A DNA stretch of 48,056 bases, the filler included, from Sphacelaria rigidula (taxonomy: Eukaryota), in assembly GCA_964200075.2 (NCBI GenBank). It is 2 parts of 2 records of this genome, joined end to end, with 100 filler letters (N's around TTAATTAATTAA, not from the genome) between each part and the next. Parts side by side here need not be neighbours in the genome. Positions count along the whole stretch, not along the records: positions 1 to 23,979 come from CAXNAA020000233.1; positions 24,080 to 48,056 come from CAXNAA020000234.1. One strand, given 5' to 3'. The notes under the pieces are model-generated. The model was not told the DNA's origin. It saw only the letters and a list, made by a program, of their open reading frames with translations, and ran no database searches. Numbering within the stretch: position 1 is the first letter of the stretch; every line of letters starts with the position of its first letter. The position numbers and the translations under genes are program-made. Positions 13,901 to 24,793 of the stretch are shown here, piece by piece.

Positions 13901-16900
13901 TTTCATACGAATCATAGACTAGTCTGACCCTTGATACTTCTTTCATCGTTCTTCCGCAGTACATTAACTGTAGCGCATGCTTGGGGTAAGCGTGTACAAC
14001 GGTGTGCGTGGTTCATGCACCAGAAACTTGATTATTCCATTGTCCCGTTTTCTGTAGATGATTGACGGTGTATCACCCGCAAGTGGTATGCTATATTCTC
14101 CAAATACACACCCGGTTGATGGGTATTCCGACCTTGTTTTCTGTTGCCCACTTCAAGGCAGTACAAGGATAATAACGCGGCTGACGCCGTGATATGTGTT
14201 GTGTGTTGTCGTCCCATCTGTTTTGGACGCAAGTCTACACTTTTCCGTGTATATGGACGCACCAGCCGGGTCACACAGGAGGTACATTAACACAGGATTT
14301 CTTCTTGTTTATTTTCAGTGTCCCACCTTCCTTCTGCGGTGCTTGTCTTTTCATGTTTTATTGCGAGAGGGGTTTAGCAGTCCCCTTCTCTCGTCGACCG
14401 TGAAGTCGAACTTCGTGTACCCACGACGTAGTCGCTCTCCACTACTGTGCCTTGTGTGGGAAAAAATCCCAGATCTCTCCGAGAATCGAACTCACGACCC
14501 AACCGTCACAAGGTTTCGAGGTCACCAGCTGGGCCACCGGGACGACCGGCTCGGCATGAAAGGAGACAATTCCATAAGAGATGGAGAAAAAAGACGATGT
14601 TCGAGTGTGTCGCGACAGAGTCCATGGTAGATGAAGCGCTATTTTTGTGACGTTCAAATTATGGACCAACAAAAAATCTTCAGACCTTCCATATCTCCAA
14701 TACCGGAAAAAAAAACGCCCCCCTCCGAACCCCCACACACGGCGACCAGCCCAACAACATTGCAATACACCTAGGCCATATTGCAGTAAGGTACTGCTGT
14801 AGTGCTTTTCGAACATGGCTGCACACGTCCGATCCGCCCCAATAAGTTTCAAGTAGCTGCTTCTAAACGCAGGGGTGAAAGGGCCATATGCCGTCATGGG
14901 GTACAATCCAACATGCGCTGTACCGTCCTCAAGTGCTGCGGGATCTCCTCTCTTGCATGTGGCAAATATTTCAATTCGACCCCGCACAACATCACTCATG
15001 TGCCAATCAACGAAAATGAGTCTCGTACAGTCCTGCGCCAAAATAAAATAAAACCATGTTCGGAACAGAATCTGAGCACTCTTTATCCTCTCGCGCACCG
15101 TTGCAACGCCCAACCTCAGATCCAGACACACAAACTTGATTCGCTCGTGACCTGCAACTGCCACGCCATTGGAATCCGCGGCGTTGTTTCAAATATCTCA
15201 TCCTTGAAATCCTTCGATTAAACTTTTCGGAGCACTTCGACGATTTGTGTTCCAGTGAATCGGCATCAATTTCGAGCCAAAATGATGCCGATTCACGAAA
15301 ACAAGAATCATCAGTGGGTTTCAAAAGGGTAAACGACTATGCTTTAGCCGTGCGGGGTCAATTTATTCCCCCCAAAGCCAATTGTCAAGTATCATCACTC
15401 GAAGTTATACACTTATGTTATCTCGGTAAACCGAGGGGTGTACGGACAGTCGTCATCGCACGCTTTCTCGCACAACATTTTGAACATTTTTTTGCTAGAA
15501 ATAGTAAAAAAGGGAGGGGGGGGGAGCCAGACCTTCAAGTCGACGTGCGCACCGACGGTGCGGAGTGCAAAAAGCAAAACCATACAGTACAGTACAGTTT
15601 TGGTCCCCAAAACAGACTTGGTCGTTGTTTCCAGTTCCCCCTCTCAAAATAATCCTCCTTGAATGTTTTTTGGCGGGAACACGTTTGTGGCGGATTATCA
15701 ATTTGAACAAAAAAAATCAGTGTGTTGTTCACTGGTTCATGTTTGCCTTCCTGAGCACAATTTCACATCATTACCCTTTCGACCACTGCTGGGCATTTCG
15801 CTCAAGCCTTTTCTACCGCACATGCCGACGCAGACCATGTAACTCCATCCTCCATGCGCTAGTGCCCAAGCACGAAAGGTGCCTAGAACACACCACAGGG
15901 GACGAAATTATCCCTCTAATGCTATCTTCGTTTGTTCGCTTCGGTATCTTTCGCAACTTCATCAACCTGGTCCCTCCTCCGTCCGCCAAACAATTCTTAA
16001 TTTGTTCAGCCCTCCCCACGGCTGCACTGGCCGTTGACAAATAAATCCGCGAGTAGCAGAGACAACGGCGCCCAAGGTACTGTCCCGGGAGCCACGGGCA
16101 AAACCCTTGCCCACAACCACGCTAGCATGTATGAAACGTACGACAAGTCACTGCACAACGAATCCGAGGAAGTTCAAAACAGCGTTGGCTATGAAAATTC
16201 CACGAAAGTTCCAGCGCTTCAAAAGAAGCGACCGAGGACATATAACCCCGTGACCCCAAGCCCGCGAAGGTAGTCCATCTGGATCATGCATACTTTTTTC
16301 AAGTGAATTTGATGCCGATTCAAAAGATGAGCCAAATCTAGCCGTCAAGAGGTCAAACCTCTAGGGTCTCGAGGCCAGTCTTCAGGTGACAATAATGCAA
16401 GGGTCAGACGAAATGACGATTCGTCTGGAAATTACTTGATTTCAGTGTGATCGATTCGTACGGTACGAAGCGTACGAATCAATCCTTGGGCTTTGTTTTC
16501 AGCGTTGCAACCCACGTACGCGCAGCCTAGGCAAGCGGAATGGCACAAAAATTGCGTCGAGACCTTTCTGACGATCGGTCGACTTTTTTTTCTCTTTTAG
16601 GGGGCAATCGTGGATGCGGTGATTCGAACCGGCGATGATTCGTCCGAACCGTGCAATAATGTCGAAACAAAAGATGAAGCACTCTGGCAGTCAAACGATT
16701 GAGAGACAATCAACATATGCGTGATACTAGTGGAAAATGTTCTCACGTTTCTCTTGAGCCCTCCGTTCATACTTGCATTTCATGAGAGCGCTAGCAACCC
16801 TTCTTTTGAGTTTTCTGTGGCACCTTTCTCGTGGTTATTTATCTCCGATACAGTACGTCTGGTTCGTGGCCATAGCTACTAGATTTGTAGAGGATCAGTG

Positions 16901-17375
16901 ACTCCACCACATCCAAAATCAACATCGACCGACCGACCAATGCACTTTGTCGTCAATACGACCTTTGCGGACAAGGATATGGAGGATCCCCCGCAAGGGT
17001 AAAACCGGAACAAAGCAACAACAAAAGCCGCATGAGAAGCCACAAGGGTGAGAGATCAAAAGTAAGCACCAGAAAGAGTAAAGCATGCACTTAAAACTGG
17101 CTGTCTTTCCCGTTGCTTTTTGATCCATGCTCATTTCCTCAACTCCACCCCGGTGAGTCTCCCCACTTCTTCACCATGGGCAAAATCGAATCAATGGCCC
17201 AAGCTAACCTCGCACCGCACCAGTTAGCATGCGATCGCTAACCATCTAACCACTGAGTCAATCGGCTCATCACCTCCTCTCCGGTGGTCATGTTCGTCCC
17301 CAGATAGATATCTCCGAAGGATCCACTCCCGATCTTCCGCCCCAGGCGATACTTTTTACCCACCCGCAACTCCAT
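4893..17375 (-). CDS. CK1: Casein kinase I (CK1 family Ser/Thr kinase), spliced gene, about 408 aa in the proposed 10-coding-exon model
   Basis: Exons 17274-17375, 13553-13637, 12384-12529, 12088-12205, 9979-10126, 9328-9464 and 8546-8857 join in frame across GT-AG introns. They give [103 protein letters not shown], the canonical CK1 motifs. The tail exons 5654-5733, 5075-5137 and 4893-4928 are less certain. Confidence 0.9.
5075..5137 (-). CDS. CK1: Probable CK1 tail exon 9 ([21 protein letters not shown])
   Basis: GCAG acceptor, strong GAG|GTGAGT donor, open in phase 0 after exon 8. Confidence 0.6.
5654..5733 (-). CDS. CK1: Probable CK1 tail exon 8 ([27 protein letters not shown])
   Basis: GC-rich island, ACAG acceptor, G|GTGAGC donor, phase 1 start matching exon 7. 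Confidence 0.6.
7378..7505 (+). repeat. Dispersed repeat family, probably a retroelement remnant
   Basis: Inverted copy at 21519-21646. Partial copies at about 6990-7110 and 36703-36810 share CAAAGCCGGGACGGAGCACGCCGGGTTyTmGCCGGAC. Confidence 0.75.
7511..7552 (+). repeat. Poly-G tract
   Basis: About 40 G interrupted by one A. Confidence 0.95.
8084..8440 (+). mobile_element. tRNA-derived SINE, near full-length copy, in a CK1 intron
   Basis: Head CCGGTCGCCCCGGTCGCTCAGTTGG (A-box-like)...GGGTTCGAAT (B box). The body matches the reverse complements of 14195-14549 and 3470-3975. Confidence 0.8.
8546..8857 (-). CDS. CK1: CK1 coding exon 7 ([46 protein letters not shown] plus start of the Gly/Ser/Arg-rich tail)
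   Basis: CAG acceptor at 8858-8860 and the conserved end of the kinase domain. The CAG|GTGTG donor ending the exon at 8546 is inferred; without it the frame runs on to a stop at 8496. Confidence 0.9.
9328..9464 (-). CDS. CK1: CK1 coding exon 6 ([46 protein letters not shown])
   Basis: TTTTGCAG acceptor, T|GTAAG donor, LPWQGLKA motif. Confidence 0.97.
9509..9757 (+). repeat. Intronic dispersed repeat
   Basis: GGACGAATCATCACGACTArGAATCACCAAATCCACGATTTCT.. recurs at 13789-13935 with an internal deletion. The 9650-9757 part recurs inverted at about 16398-16512. Confidence 0.75.
9979..10126 (-). CDS. CK1: CK1 coding exon 5 ([49 protein letters not shown])
   Basis: CK1-diagnostic SIN motif in place of APE, CAG acceptor, GG|GTAGG donor. 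Confidence 0.97.
12088..12205 (-). CDS. CK1: CK1 coding exon 4 ([39 protein letters not shown])
   Basis: HRD catalytic loop and DFG, CAG acceptor, G|GTGAGT donor. Confidence 0.97.
12384..12529 (-). CDS. CK1: CK1 coding exon 3 ([49 protein letters not shown])
   Basis: CAG acceptor, CAG|GTATG donor, phase matches exon 2, [10 protein letters not shown] motif. Confidence 0.97.
13553..13637 (-). CDS. CK1: CK1 coding exon 2 ([28 protein letters not shown])
   Basis: CAG acceptor, C|GTGAGT donor, VAIK catalytic lysine, CK1 HPQL motif. Confidence 0.97.
13789..13935 (+). repeat. Internally deleted copy of the 9509-9757 repeat
   Basis: Direct similarity at both ends. Confidence 0.7.
14195..14549 (-). 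mobile_element. tRNA-derived SINE copy
   Basis: Shares TCGTCGACCGTGAAGTCGAA, GCACCAGCnGGGTCACACAG and the tRNA-like head with the other copies. Confidence 0.8.
17274..17375 (-). CDS. CK1: CK1 coding exon 1 ([34 protein letters not shown])
   Basis: GCCATGG start context, glycine-rich loop GSGSFG, donor GAG|GTGATG. A pyrimidine-rich acceptor lies 40 nt upstream of the ATG, so the exon begins at 17415. Confidence 0.97.
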
Positions 17376-19255
17376 GGCAGACGCAGCGTCCGCTCCTGCG
17401 GAATCCTTGCGCCTCCTGTCAGACAACAAAACAAAAAAGAGAGGGTGAGGGGACGCGGAACGGGGAGTCTCAAACAAACCACCACCACACCATGCGATTC
17501 TCACTTGCTATTGTCGGTGATATCTGGTTCTTGAGTTCGGATCCATTCATGTTTGGCCTGGCGTGTCGAGTGGGAATATTGGGCTCTGCCTGAAACAGTT
17601 TGAATGGTCGTTTGCGGCCCCGGGACTTACGAGGTAAAATTTATTTATACGGTACCGCGTCTGTGTGAATTTTCCTGGGCCCTATATCATCTTCATTTCT
17701 GTTCATTACACCTCGTTTTGGGGAGTTAGTCTGTGAACACGGAAGGCGTCCGCAGATGGCCAGTACGGAGTACTGCGGAGGTATCGGAACGCTCTTTAAT
17801 GTGAAGATGACAACAATAACAACAACAACTGTCACGGAATATGTCCATAAATGGCACGAAATCTTGAATCCTGGAGGGACCGACAGTCACCGACTCTTTA
17901 CTCGGAATGAGACTTTTTCCAAAGAGCTTCAAGTGCAACAGAGGTGCGAAAGAATATCAATTTGCCAGTTTCCTATTTCTCGCCTAGAGCTATTAGTGGG
18001 TGGGTGGGTGGGGGGGGGATTCGGCTTCTGGGGTGACTGAACATGAACGAAATCTCGTGAGAGGGGGAGCATTGCACGCGCTTTAAATACAAAAAGGGTG
18101 CACAACACGATCTCCATATCTTGAGTATTCTTTTCATCTGAAGCAACAAGTCACCCCATGTACCCGCACCGGCGTCTGCAAGATAGAGCCAATGTCCTCT
18201 TAAAATATGACCAGCATCTTTCCTGTTTGGGCACCATTCGTCCGTATCGGAGAAAATTCAGTCAAGTCACTACTTCCGTCGGATGACTTCAATTCAGCAA
18301 ATCATGTCACCTTCGCCGATTTTCATCCGGACATCTCATTCATTTATTCAAAGACCGTAAAACAGAGGTAACACCCGCATGGAAGGGGAGTAATCCCGAA
18401 ACACCGCGTCGAGAGCTGTGACCCTTTCACAATTGCGAAAGCATTACATGACTGACCCTTTACGCTTCATCAACAGAAGGTCTTGGGTTCGAATCTCTCC
18501 TCCCACCAACGCCATAAAAAAAAAAAACAGCGGAGAGTCGTAGGATTGGTGAGGGACCCGAAACTGGTAGATGACCAGCGAGCAAGTTCACAAGTTACGG
18601 GTAAGTTTCCTGCTGAGATCATTGTCCTGGCAATCCGAATACACAATGAAAAACATGGCGAAATATGCACGAATATATAAGGGTGTGTTAGGTAAGGAAA
18701 ATACCCGGGTATTCGCTTTTGGATCTCGTGTTGCGATGGTCCAATCTTCAAGCTCTACCCAAATATTGGGTGGTCGGGTACGATCGCAATACTTCACCTT
18801 ATCTCTGGGTATTGTCATCTCACTACCATACCCGAGTTTCAGGTACTTGGAGTGCGGTTTTTCAAGATTGTCTCTACTAAACACTTCACCACAAAGGGCG
18901 TACGGCGAGGACCACAAAGGAGGGGAGGGGGTGTACTCAACAGCGCGGAGGGGGTGGGTGAATAATACCACACGCACAAGAATAAAAGAATAAAACCACG
19001 TGACAAATGGCAGAGAAGATTCATGTACTGTAATAGGTGAACAATACAACAAGACGAGACACGTAAAACAAACTACAGTGTACAAACAAAAACCCAAAAG
19101 CCAAGACACGCAACACATCTTGGGCACAATGAAAAACCATTGCACCAAAAAATATCTTCTTCCGAAAGCACAAGGAGAAACAGAACTCATCCTTCCGTCC
19201 ACACCAAGGAACGCAAAATAACAGTTATATAACAGAACAAAAGCACATGTATCAC

Positions 19256-19686
19256 CTTTTCTTGCCCCGAGCCTCCCCGCCTTCGTCGTCTCCTGCCACA
19301 GCTCCGTGCAAGGGGGCCGCGCTCGTCGGGGGTAATCCGTTCCCCGGCGGCGGATTGACCCCTCCTCGCTCGCTACCCGTGTTACCTGCCGCCCCTTAAA
19401 CAGATTCCGGGGCAGAAATTATGCCGCCTTTCTTAATCAGGTCGACACCAAATATGCGCCTCAGCGGGCGGAGCGCTCCTAGATGAACAAGAGGAGAAAC
19501 CTGACCAGCTACTCTTTGTTTCGCGGGTGTTCTTCAAGCCCTCGTCGTGGCTCTGAGGAGTTCCAGGAGCACGTGTGCGAGTCGAAGTGATCGCGGACCG
19601 GTTGATAACCGGGTCGGGTCGTGAGTGATGATCCGACAGTGGTTCCACCGCGTTTATTTCGGTGACGGGGAACGACAAAAAAATCA
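19256..19686 (-). other. Probable upstream (5' UTR) exon of CK1; 5' boundary uncertain
   Basis: GC-rich block ending in an AAG|GTGATA donor and followed by T-rich intron-like sequence. No minus-strand ATG occurs in 19256-19686. An orphan acceptor at 17416-17418 needs an upstream donor. Confidence 0.55.
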
Positions 19687-21518
19687 CATCGGAATAAAAA
19701 AGACGGAGCACACGATGATCAGGCGGAGAGGGAAGGGAGAGAGGGGGAAAATATCAGCTGCAATAAAATCCGAGGCGATGCGTGCCGTACGAGGCCAATC
19801 GAGCGGAGTGTTTTGACACAAAAGAGGTCAGTTTTAATGCGCTGCGAAACCGCGCCAGAGCGGTTGGTGCTATTAATCGGGATTTTTTTTCAACATATTC
19901 TCGTGCGAGTGAGGACCCACGTCCTGTCGAGACAGCTGCGCGCGAGCGGGGTGTGTGTAGAGACGTACAACCCTCATCCTGTAATTCGGGTCCACCCGCA
20001 ATTCCAAGTACCCGAAGAATAAAAGTCCGGGCAAAAACTGGGGAGATAATTGCGACATGGTCAGGTGCGAAATTGATTTCTCCTTACTGAACAGTGAGCA
20101 ATATATACTCTAGACCGAATGAGCTCAAGCTGAAGGCTGTTCTTTCCTGTTGCAAAACAACAAAGCGAAGTAACCGCCCACTTGTTATTTCGAGTTTTTT
20201 CCAGCTGAGCGCCTGAAGTGTAAAGCGCAGTGTGACCCATTACCATACCATGGCACGCACTGGAGTATGGGAAATGCGCTGGGAGAATCGCACACGTTGA
20301 AGTCTCGACACACACAACAGTATAGCAGGAACTGCAACATCTCGGGAACATCTGCTGAAAATGCTGTCGTTTCACGTCTGAAATCCTCAAGTGTCCAACA
20401 CGACGCGAAATCGCGATTGACTGGAAAAAATCTCGGCTTGAATAGCACAAACCCTTACAAAAATAACACGACGTCTTGATCGTGGACCATGTTTTGAAAT
20501 AGTCAGCTCGCAACTCAACATCAAGTCGCTACTCGAACTTGGACACACATCACCTCTTCACGGTGTCATGAGTTCCTCAGTCCCTTCACTTCTCGAGGCC
20601 CAACGCCGGCATTCTCAAAGCTACTCATGACGGTACATCCGCGGCGCTTTACAGCGCCACCGGTCTCGATGAAATCGATTTTTCAAACATTCCAAGATGG
20701 AAGTGTTTGTTGCTTTCGCCATCTCCCGTGACGCTCAAATGCCGCGCGATTCTCGTATCAGTTAGTACAGACAATCGCGGGTGGCATTGCAATGGCCGAC
20801 AGCTCCTTTGCTAAATCGAGAAGCCTTGAGCACCACATGGGTTGTAGGGGTGCCCATGGTACCTCACATTCAAAGTAGGGCAGTTGGTAATTTTTTCGTG
20901 ATTGGCGATTTTCTTTGGTTCTTTCGATTGCCACTGCTCATTACATTGTGGATCTACAGATACTAGTATCCACTCAACATTCCAAGAAAATAATCATCTG
21001 TTTTTGATATCAAGTGGCTTGCAAGCTGACCGGTCATCGAGGGTCTTGGCATTTTCAGCCCCAGATTTTGACTCTTCGGTATTTTCGGTCGACCAAGCCT
21101 GTACCGCCCGTATTTGTAAAGGTATAAAAAGGCTTGCTCTTCTACATTCTACGCACTCATTGCACCAGAGTCCAAAAACTGTGTTTCACGGTCGAGAACA
21201 ACCTCCTGGTGAACGTAGTATTTGCTCGTATCGCCCGATAGCACCAACACTAACTTAGGCACGGTGTGTTGAGGATGATCTGTTTGTTCCACAAAAATCT
21301 ACCGACGCTAGCACTCTGAAGTTCGATCAAGGAGTAGTACCCGAGAAGAAAAAAAAAATCAAGCTGCTCTGAATTAGAGGTACTAGAGCGGTCTGCTTCA
21401 TGGTGGCACCCGCACGACTGCTACATCTGGGTCCTGAGGTGACACGGCCACTAGGTGTGGACACAGCTCAAGTCGAAACGCCTCGGCTTATTCCCCCACC
21501 CCCCCTTTTCCCCAGCGT

Positions 21519-21646
21519 GGTCCGGCGAGAACCCGGCGTGCTCCGCCCCGACCTTGTAGGGGCGGACCCCCGATGGGGTTGGCGTCGGTTAGCGATGACA
21601 CTAAAATCACGCCACGCACTATGGAAGCTAGGCAACAAGGTTCCCG
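21519..21646 (-). repeat. Inverted copy of the 7378-7505 repeat
   Basis: Reverse-complement match; both copies translate to [23 protein letters not shown]. Confidence 0.75.
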
Positions 21647-23803
21647 TTTTAATTTGCTCGCTTGCGTTTCACGTGTAGAAGATTGACTTGTAGCCGAGAA
21701 AAAAAACGAACCTACAATGAAACAAAAAACAACCAAGTACTGCCCAAGATCCTTCATGACCAGTGCTGCTCCTTCCTAATACAACGGAGGCGATATTCTT
21801 GGAGAACAGGCCCGACATAGCACATCTGGGGGCTCATGACGCTGAAACTTCACGTATGTGTGGGTACGTGTTTGCGCAGCAGTTTCGGCGACCCAAGGCA
21901 TTCTGTACGTTACGTAGCTTTCAAGGATGATCAAGCACGATGCTGCAGTAATTCCGCAAACTGAAACACCTTCCAATGACAAATTTAGGGGGAAAAGATG
22001 CAAAACCTGCGCGCAGCAAGGGGTAGATCTGGCCAGCCTTGTTTACGTCGACCCCCTGTCGGTCGAGGCTAGCACCAACACAGGAAATATACATCAGTAA
22101 GGCTCTTTATATTGGGCATATGCCCTAGGGTTTCATACGCCGTGTCGAGCCACACGCGGCCGCAGAGCGTAGTCAAAGAAAAGAGTGTCTTCTGCCAACG
22201 ACGACTGCGGACCTGTTCGGGTAAGCAGGAAAAGTCGTCTCCCTCATTGTGCCAGACTTAGCGTGACGGTCGCCACGACGGTCTGATAATGACAGAGGTG
22301 GTAACTGTAGTTTTCTTCCATCAGAATCAACCGGATCTTCTTACGGCGCATGCTCTAACGTGAAGATATCGATTTTTTCAACAGGTCCGTGATTGCCCTT
22401 TTGTGGAGTTTTCACCCGTCCCAAACTAGGACAACGTAACTTGCAATTTGATATTTTTTCACGTATCCATCACGGGTGTTCTAGCCCTGCCCAGTTGTGG
22501 TTCGAACCGTACAGCCAGTACTACACTACTTGTTGCATTACCGCAACGAAACATGGCGTCAACTTCATCGAGTATTACCGTGGCGGCGTACAAATCGTGC
22601 AATATACGCTTGCCCCCTCCGCAGTGATTCGCACCCTTTCTCATCCGGCTGTCAATTGCGACGACGCAATTGTGTAGCGCCGGGTATCCGGTACTGATGC
22701 CGACACCTCTTTTTTCCAAGGACGTCTGGCTCTCTGGGCTTGGCATATTTCAGGCCATGGAGCATGACTGTCTCTATTTGACGCCGCGGATGAAGCATGA
22801 TCACTGCAAAATGCCCTCATAGCTATAAAAAAGAACTATGTTCACGTGTGTAGCCCTTGTCTATCACATGCTTTGTTAAAAACAAAACCCCGCTGATGGA
22901 AGAAACAAGACCATGATGACCCTGAGGATGTTGTTCGTGCTAGTGGTCTTCCACTGAGAGTAGCTCACGCTGCTGCAGCTGGCCACCCTCACAGCTGAAG
23001 AGAGCACTTGACACGGGTACATTGGAAAATGATCATGACACGTGGCGTGATACTTCAAGTCGGCAAAAGCTAACCCTTGTCGGCCGCAGAACGCAATGGG
23101 CAAATCCGACAGTCGGGCTGGTTGACTGAGAATGGTACTAGTGCAGGGCTGGACGGCCTCTCGTGCGCCGTCTGGGTGCTTCAAAGATTTGTTTCGAAAA
23201 ATAGTTTAGATGAGAGGAGTGCGAGTGACCCGATAAGGCCGAGAGGGCGGGTTGGATGTTTCATAGGCCGTGCTTGCCAACGACTCAGGATCAACCTGCC
23301 GCTTTTGGAAGCCGGGGTTCGTGGGAAGCCGAACTCACCAGTACGGTTTCTTTCATGGTGACATGCGTGTTGACGTGTGTTCGTCCTCGGTCTTATTGTG
23401 AGCATGAGGAGAAAAAATGCTCCGAGCCTTCGGCTCACGATCCGAGTACCACCCAAGAACAACATCGCAGGCGACTCCTGCAGCTGGAGTACAACTACTA
23501 GGGTCATGTATTTTGTCCCAGGTTGCATGCCACACGTTCGCAGCGGATTGCCAAGTTGTACTCGTCTTCGGGTGTACTGTTCACCTGTCAGCGCCAAACA
23601 TATTCGAAGACCCGAAGCAGAATCTCTCAAATAGATGTGCATTGTTTTGCGCAAACAACCTCTCGCCGGTCATCGTGGAGGGGAGGGGGGGGGGGTGTAT
23701 CGCACCGACTATTGATGAAAAAACTATTAGCCAACAAGTTTTGATAAAACTGGATGATTCTCTTGGGGTGTATCTTAGCAACGTAGTTTTCGATCGAAAA
23801 AAT

Positions 23804-23919
23804 GCGGTGGTGAAAAAGAATTCTGATCTGATAGGTCGTGATTTTAACCATCTTCAAGGTAGAAAATGACGATGATTGAAATCACGACTTATCAGATCGG
23901 GATTTTTGTTCTCCACCGC
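23804..23919. repeat. Inverted-repeat core of a dispersed repeat family (GATCTGATAGGTC / TCGATCGAAAA motifs)
   Basis: 23804-23852 pairs with 23871-23919. Related sequence lies at 33430-33500, and more weakly near 36570-36650 and 16560-16630. Confidence 0.6.
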
Positions 23920-23979
23920 CCCGGTGGCTCAGTTGGTAACCTCGAAACCTTCTGACGGTTGGGTCGTGGGTTCGAATCT
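23918..23979 (+). mobile_element. SINE head truncated by the assembly gap
   Basis: GCCCCGGTGGCTCAGTTGGTAACCTCGAAACC...GTGGGTTCGAATCT with consensus-like A and B boxes. Confidence 0.75.
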
Positions 23980-24079
23980 NNNNNNNNNNNNNNNNNNNNN
24001 NNNNNNNNNNNNNNNNNNNNNNNTTAATTAATTAANNNNNNNNNNNNNNNNNNNNNNNNNNNNNNNNNNNNNNNNNNNN
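23980..24079. other. Artificial assembly gap: 44 N, TTAATTAATTAA, 44 N
   Basis: Symmetric 100-nt linker whose 12-mer gives stop codons in all six frames. Confidence 0.97.
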
Positions 24080-24131
24080 TTATTATTATTGTTATTATTA
24101 TTATTGTTATTATTATTGTTATTGTTATTGT

Positions 24132-24192
<61 letters not shown>

Positions 24193-24310
24193 GTTTTAGT
24201 TATAGTTATAATTATAATTATAATTATAATTATTTCCGCACATTAGTCCGATCTCGCGAACCCGTGGTCACAGACGTAGGCTCGCCTTTCCAATATCGTC
24301 CCTGCTACAT
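24080..24310 (-). mobile_element. 3' end of an (AAT)n-tailed retroposon with an expanded microsatellite tail
   Basis: (TTA/AAT)n at 24080-24233 abuts GTCCGATCTCGCGAACCCGTGGTCA...TTTCCAATAyCGTCCCTGC. The same unit with a short (TTA)n tail is at 44867-44960. Confidence 0.65.
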
Positions 24311-24347
24311 AAGAGGTGCCAATTCAATACATGACCTAAACACTATG

Positions 24348-24793
24348 TAACACGGGATCTTACAAATTGGGGATGGATCTTTTGTTGGGGATGAGAAACC
24401 CGGAGAATTAAATTTTTCGTATCCACACTAAATCTCCGAAATATGGTTTCATTTCTTGACCTACTGATAGCTATTGACAACTGCTACACGCCGTAGAAAT
24501 TTGGATTTCGATCACCGAAATGTTGGGGTCCTAGGTGAAAAATCAATGTTGGGGAATTCCGGGTGTCCGAACGGATGCCAAAACGGTTCTGAAATCAGTT
24601 TTTCACCTAGGACCCCATCATTTCGGTGATCGAAATCCAAATTTCTACGGCGTGTAGCAGTTGTCAATAGCTATCAGTTGGTGAAGAAAAGGAACCATAT
24701 TTCGGAGATTTAGTGAGGATACGAAGATTTTAATCCTCCGGGTTTCTCATCCCCAATAAAAGATCCATCCCCAATTTGTAAGATCCTGTGTTA
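24348..24793. mobile_element. Foldback element or MITE with near-perfect 195-nt arms
   Basis: 24348-24542 is the near-exact reverse complement of 24599-24793 (TAACACGGGATCTTACAAATTGGGGATGGATC...), with a 56-nt spacer. Confidence 0.88.

Noticed and set aside
14442..15164. Longest ORF (240 aa)
   Set aside because: It lies inside a CK1 intron, its end runs into a SINE, and it has no recognisable domain.
18470..18530. GGTTCGAATC B box as an RNA gene
   Set aside because: No A box or cloverleaf; probably a degenerate SINE fragment.
18588..19202. 204-aa hydrophobic ORF
   Set aside because: The hydrophobicity comes from TG/T-rich intron sequence just after the 19256 donor; no family motif.
23181..23654. 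LINE reverse transcriptase fragment (RIVSRRLGAF)
   Set aside because: Only a short resemblance; I found no other RT motif (QxGF, YADD) nearby.
23918..23979. tRNA gene
   Set aside because: It has A and B boxes but no proper anticodon arm, and the same head starts dispersed repeat copies at 8084, 14549 and 3975. It is a SINE head.
24024..24035. TTAATTAATTAA palindrome as a biological site
   Set aside because: It is centred in symmetric N runs and is a synthetic six-frame-stop scaffold linker.
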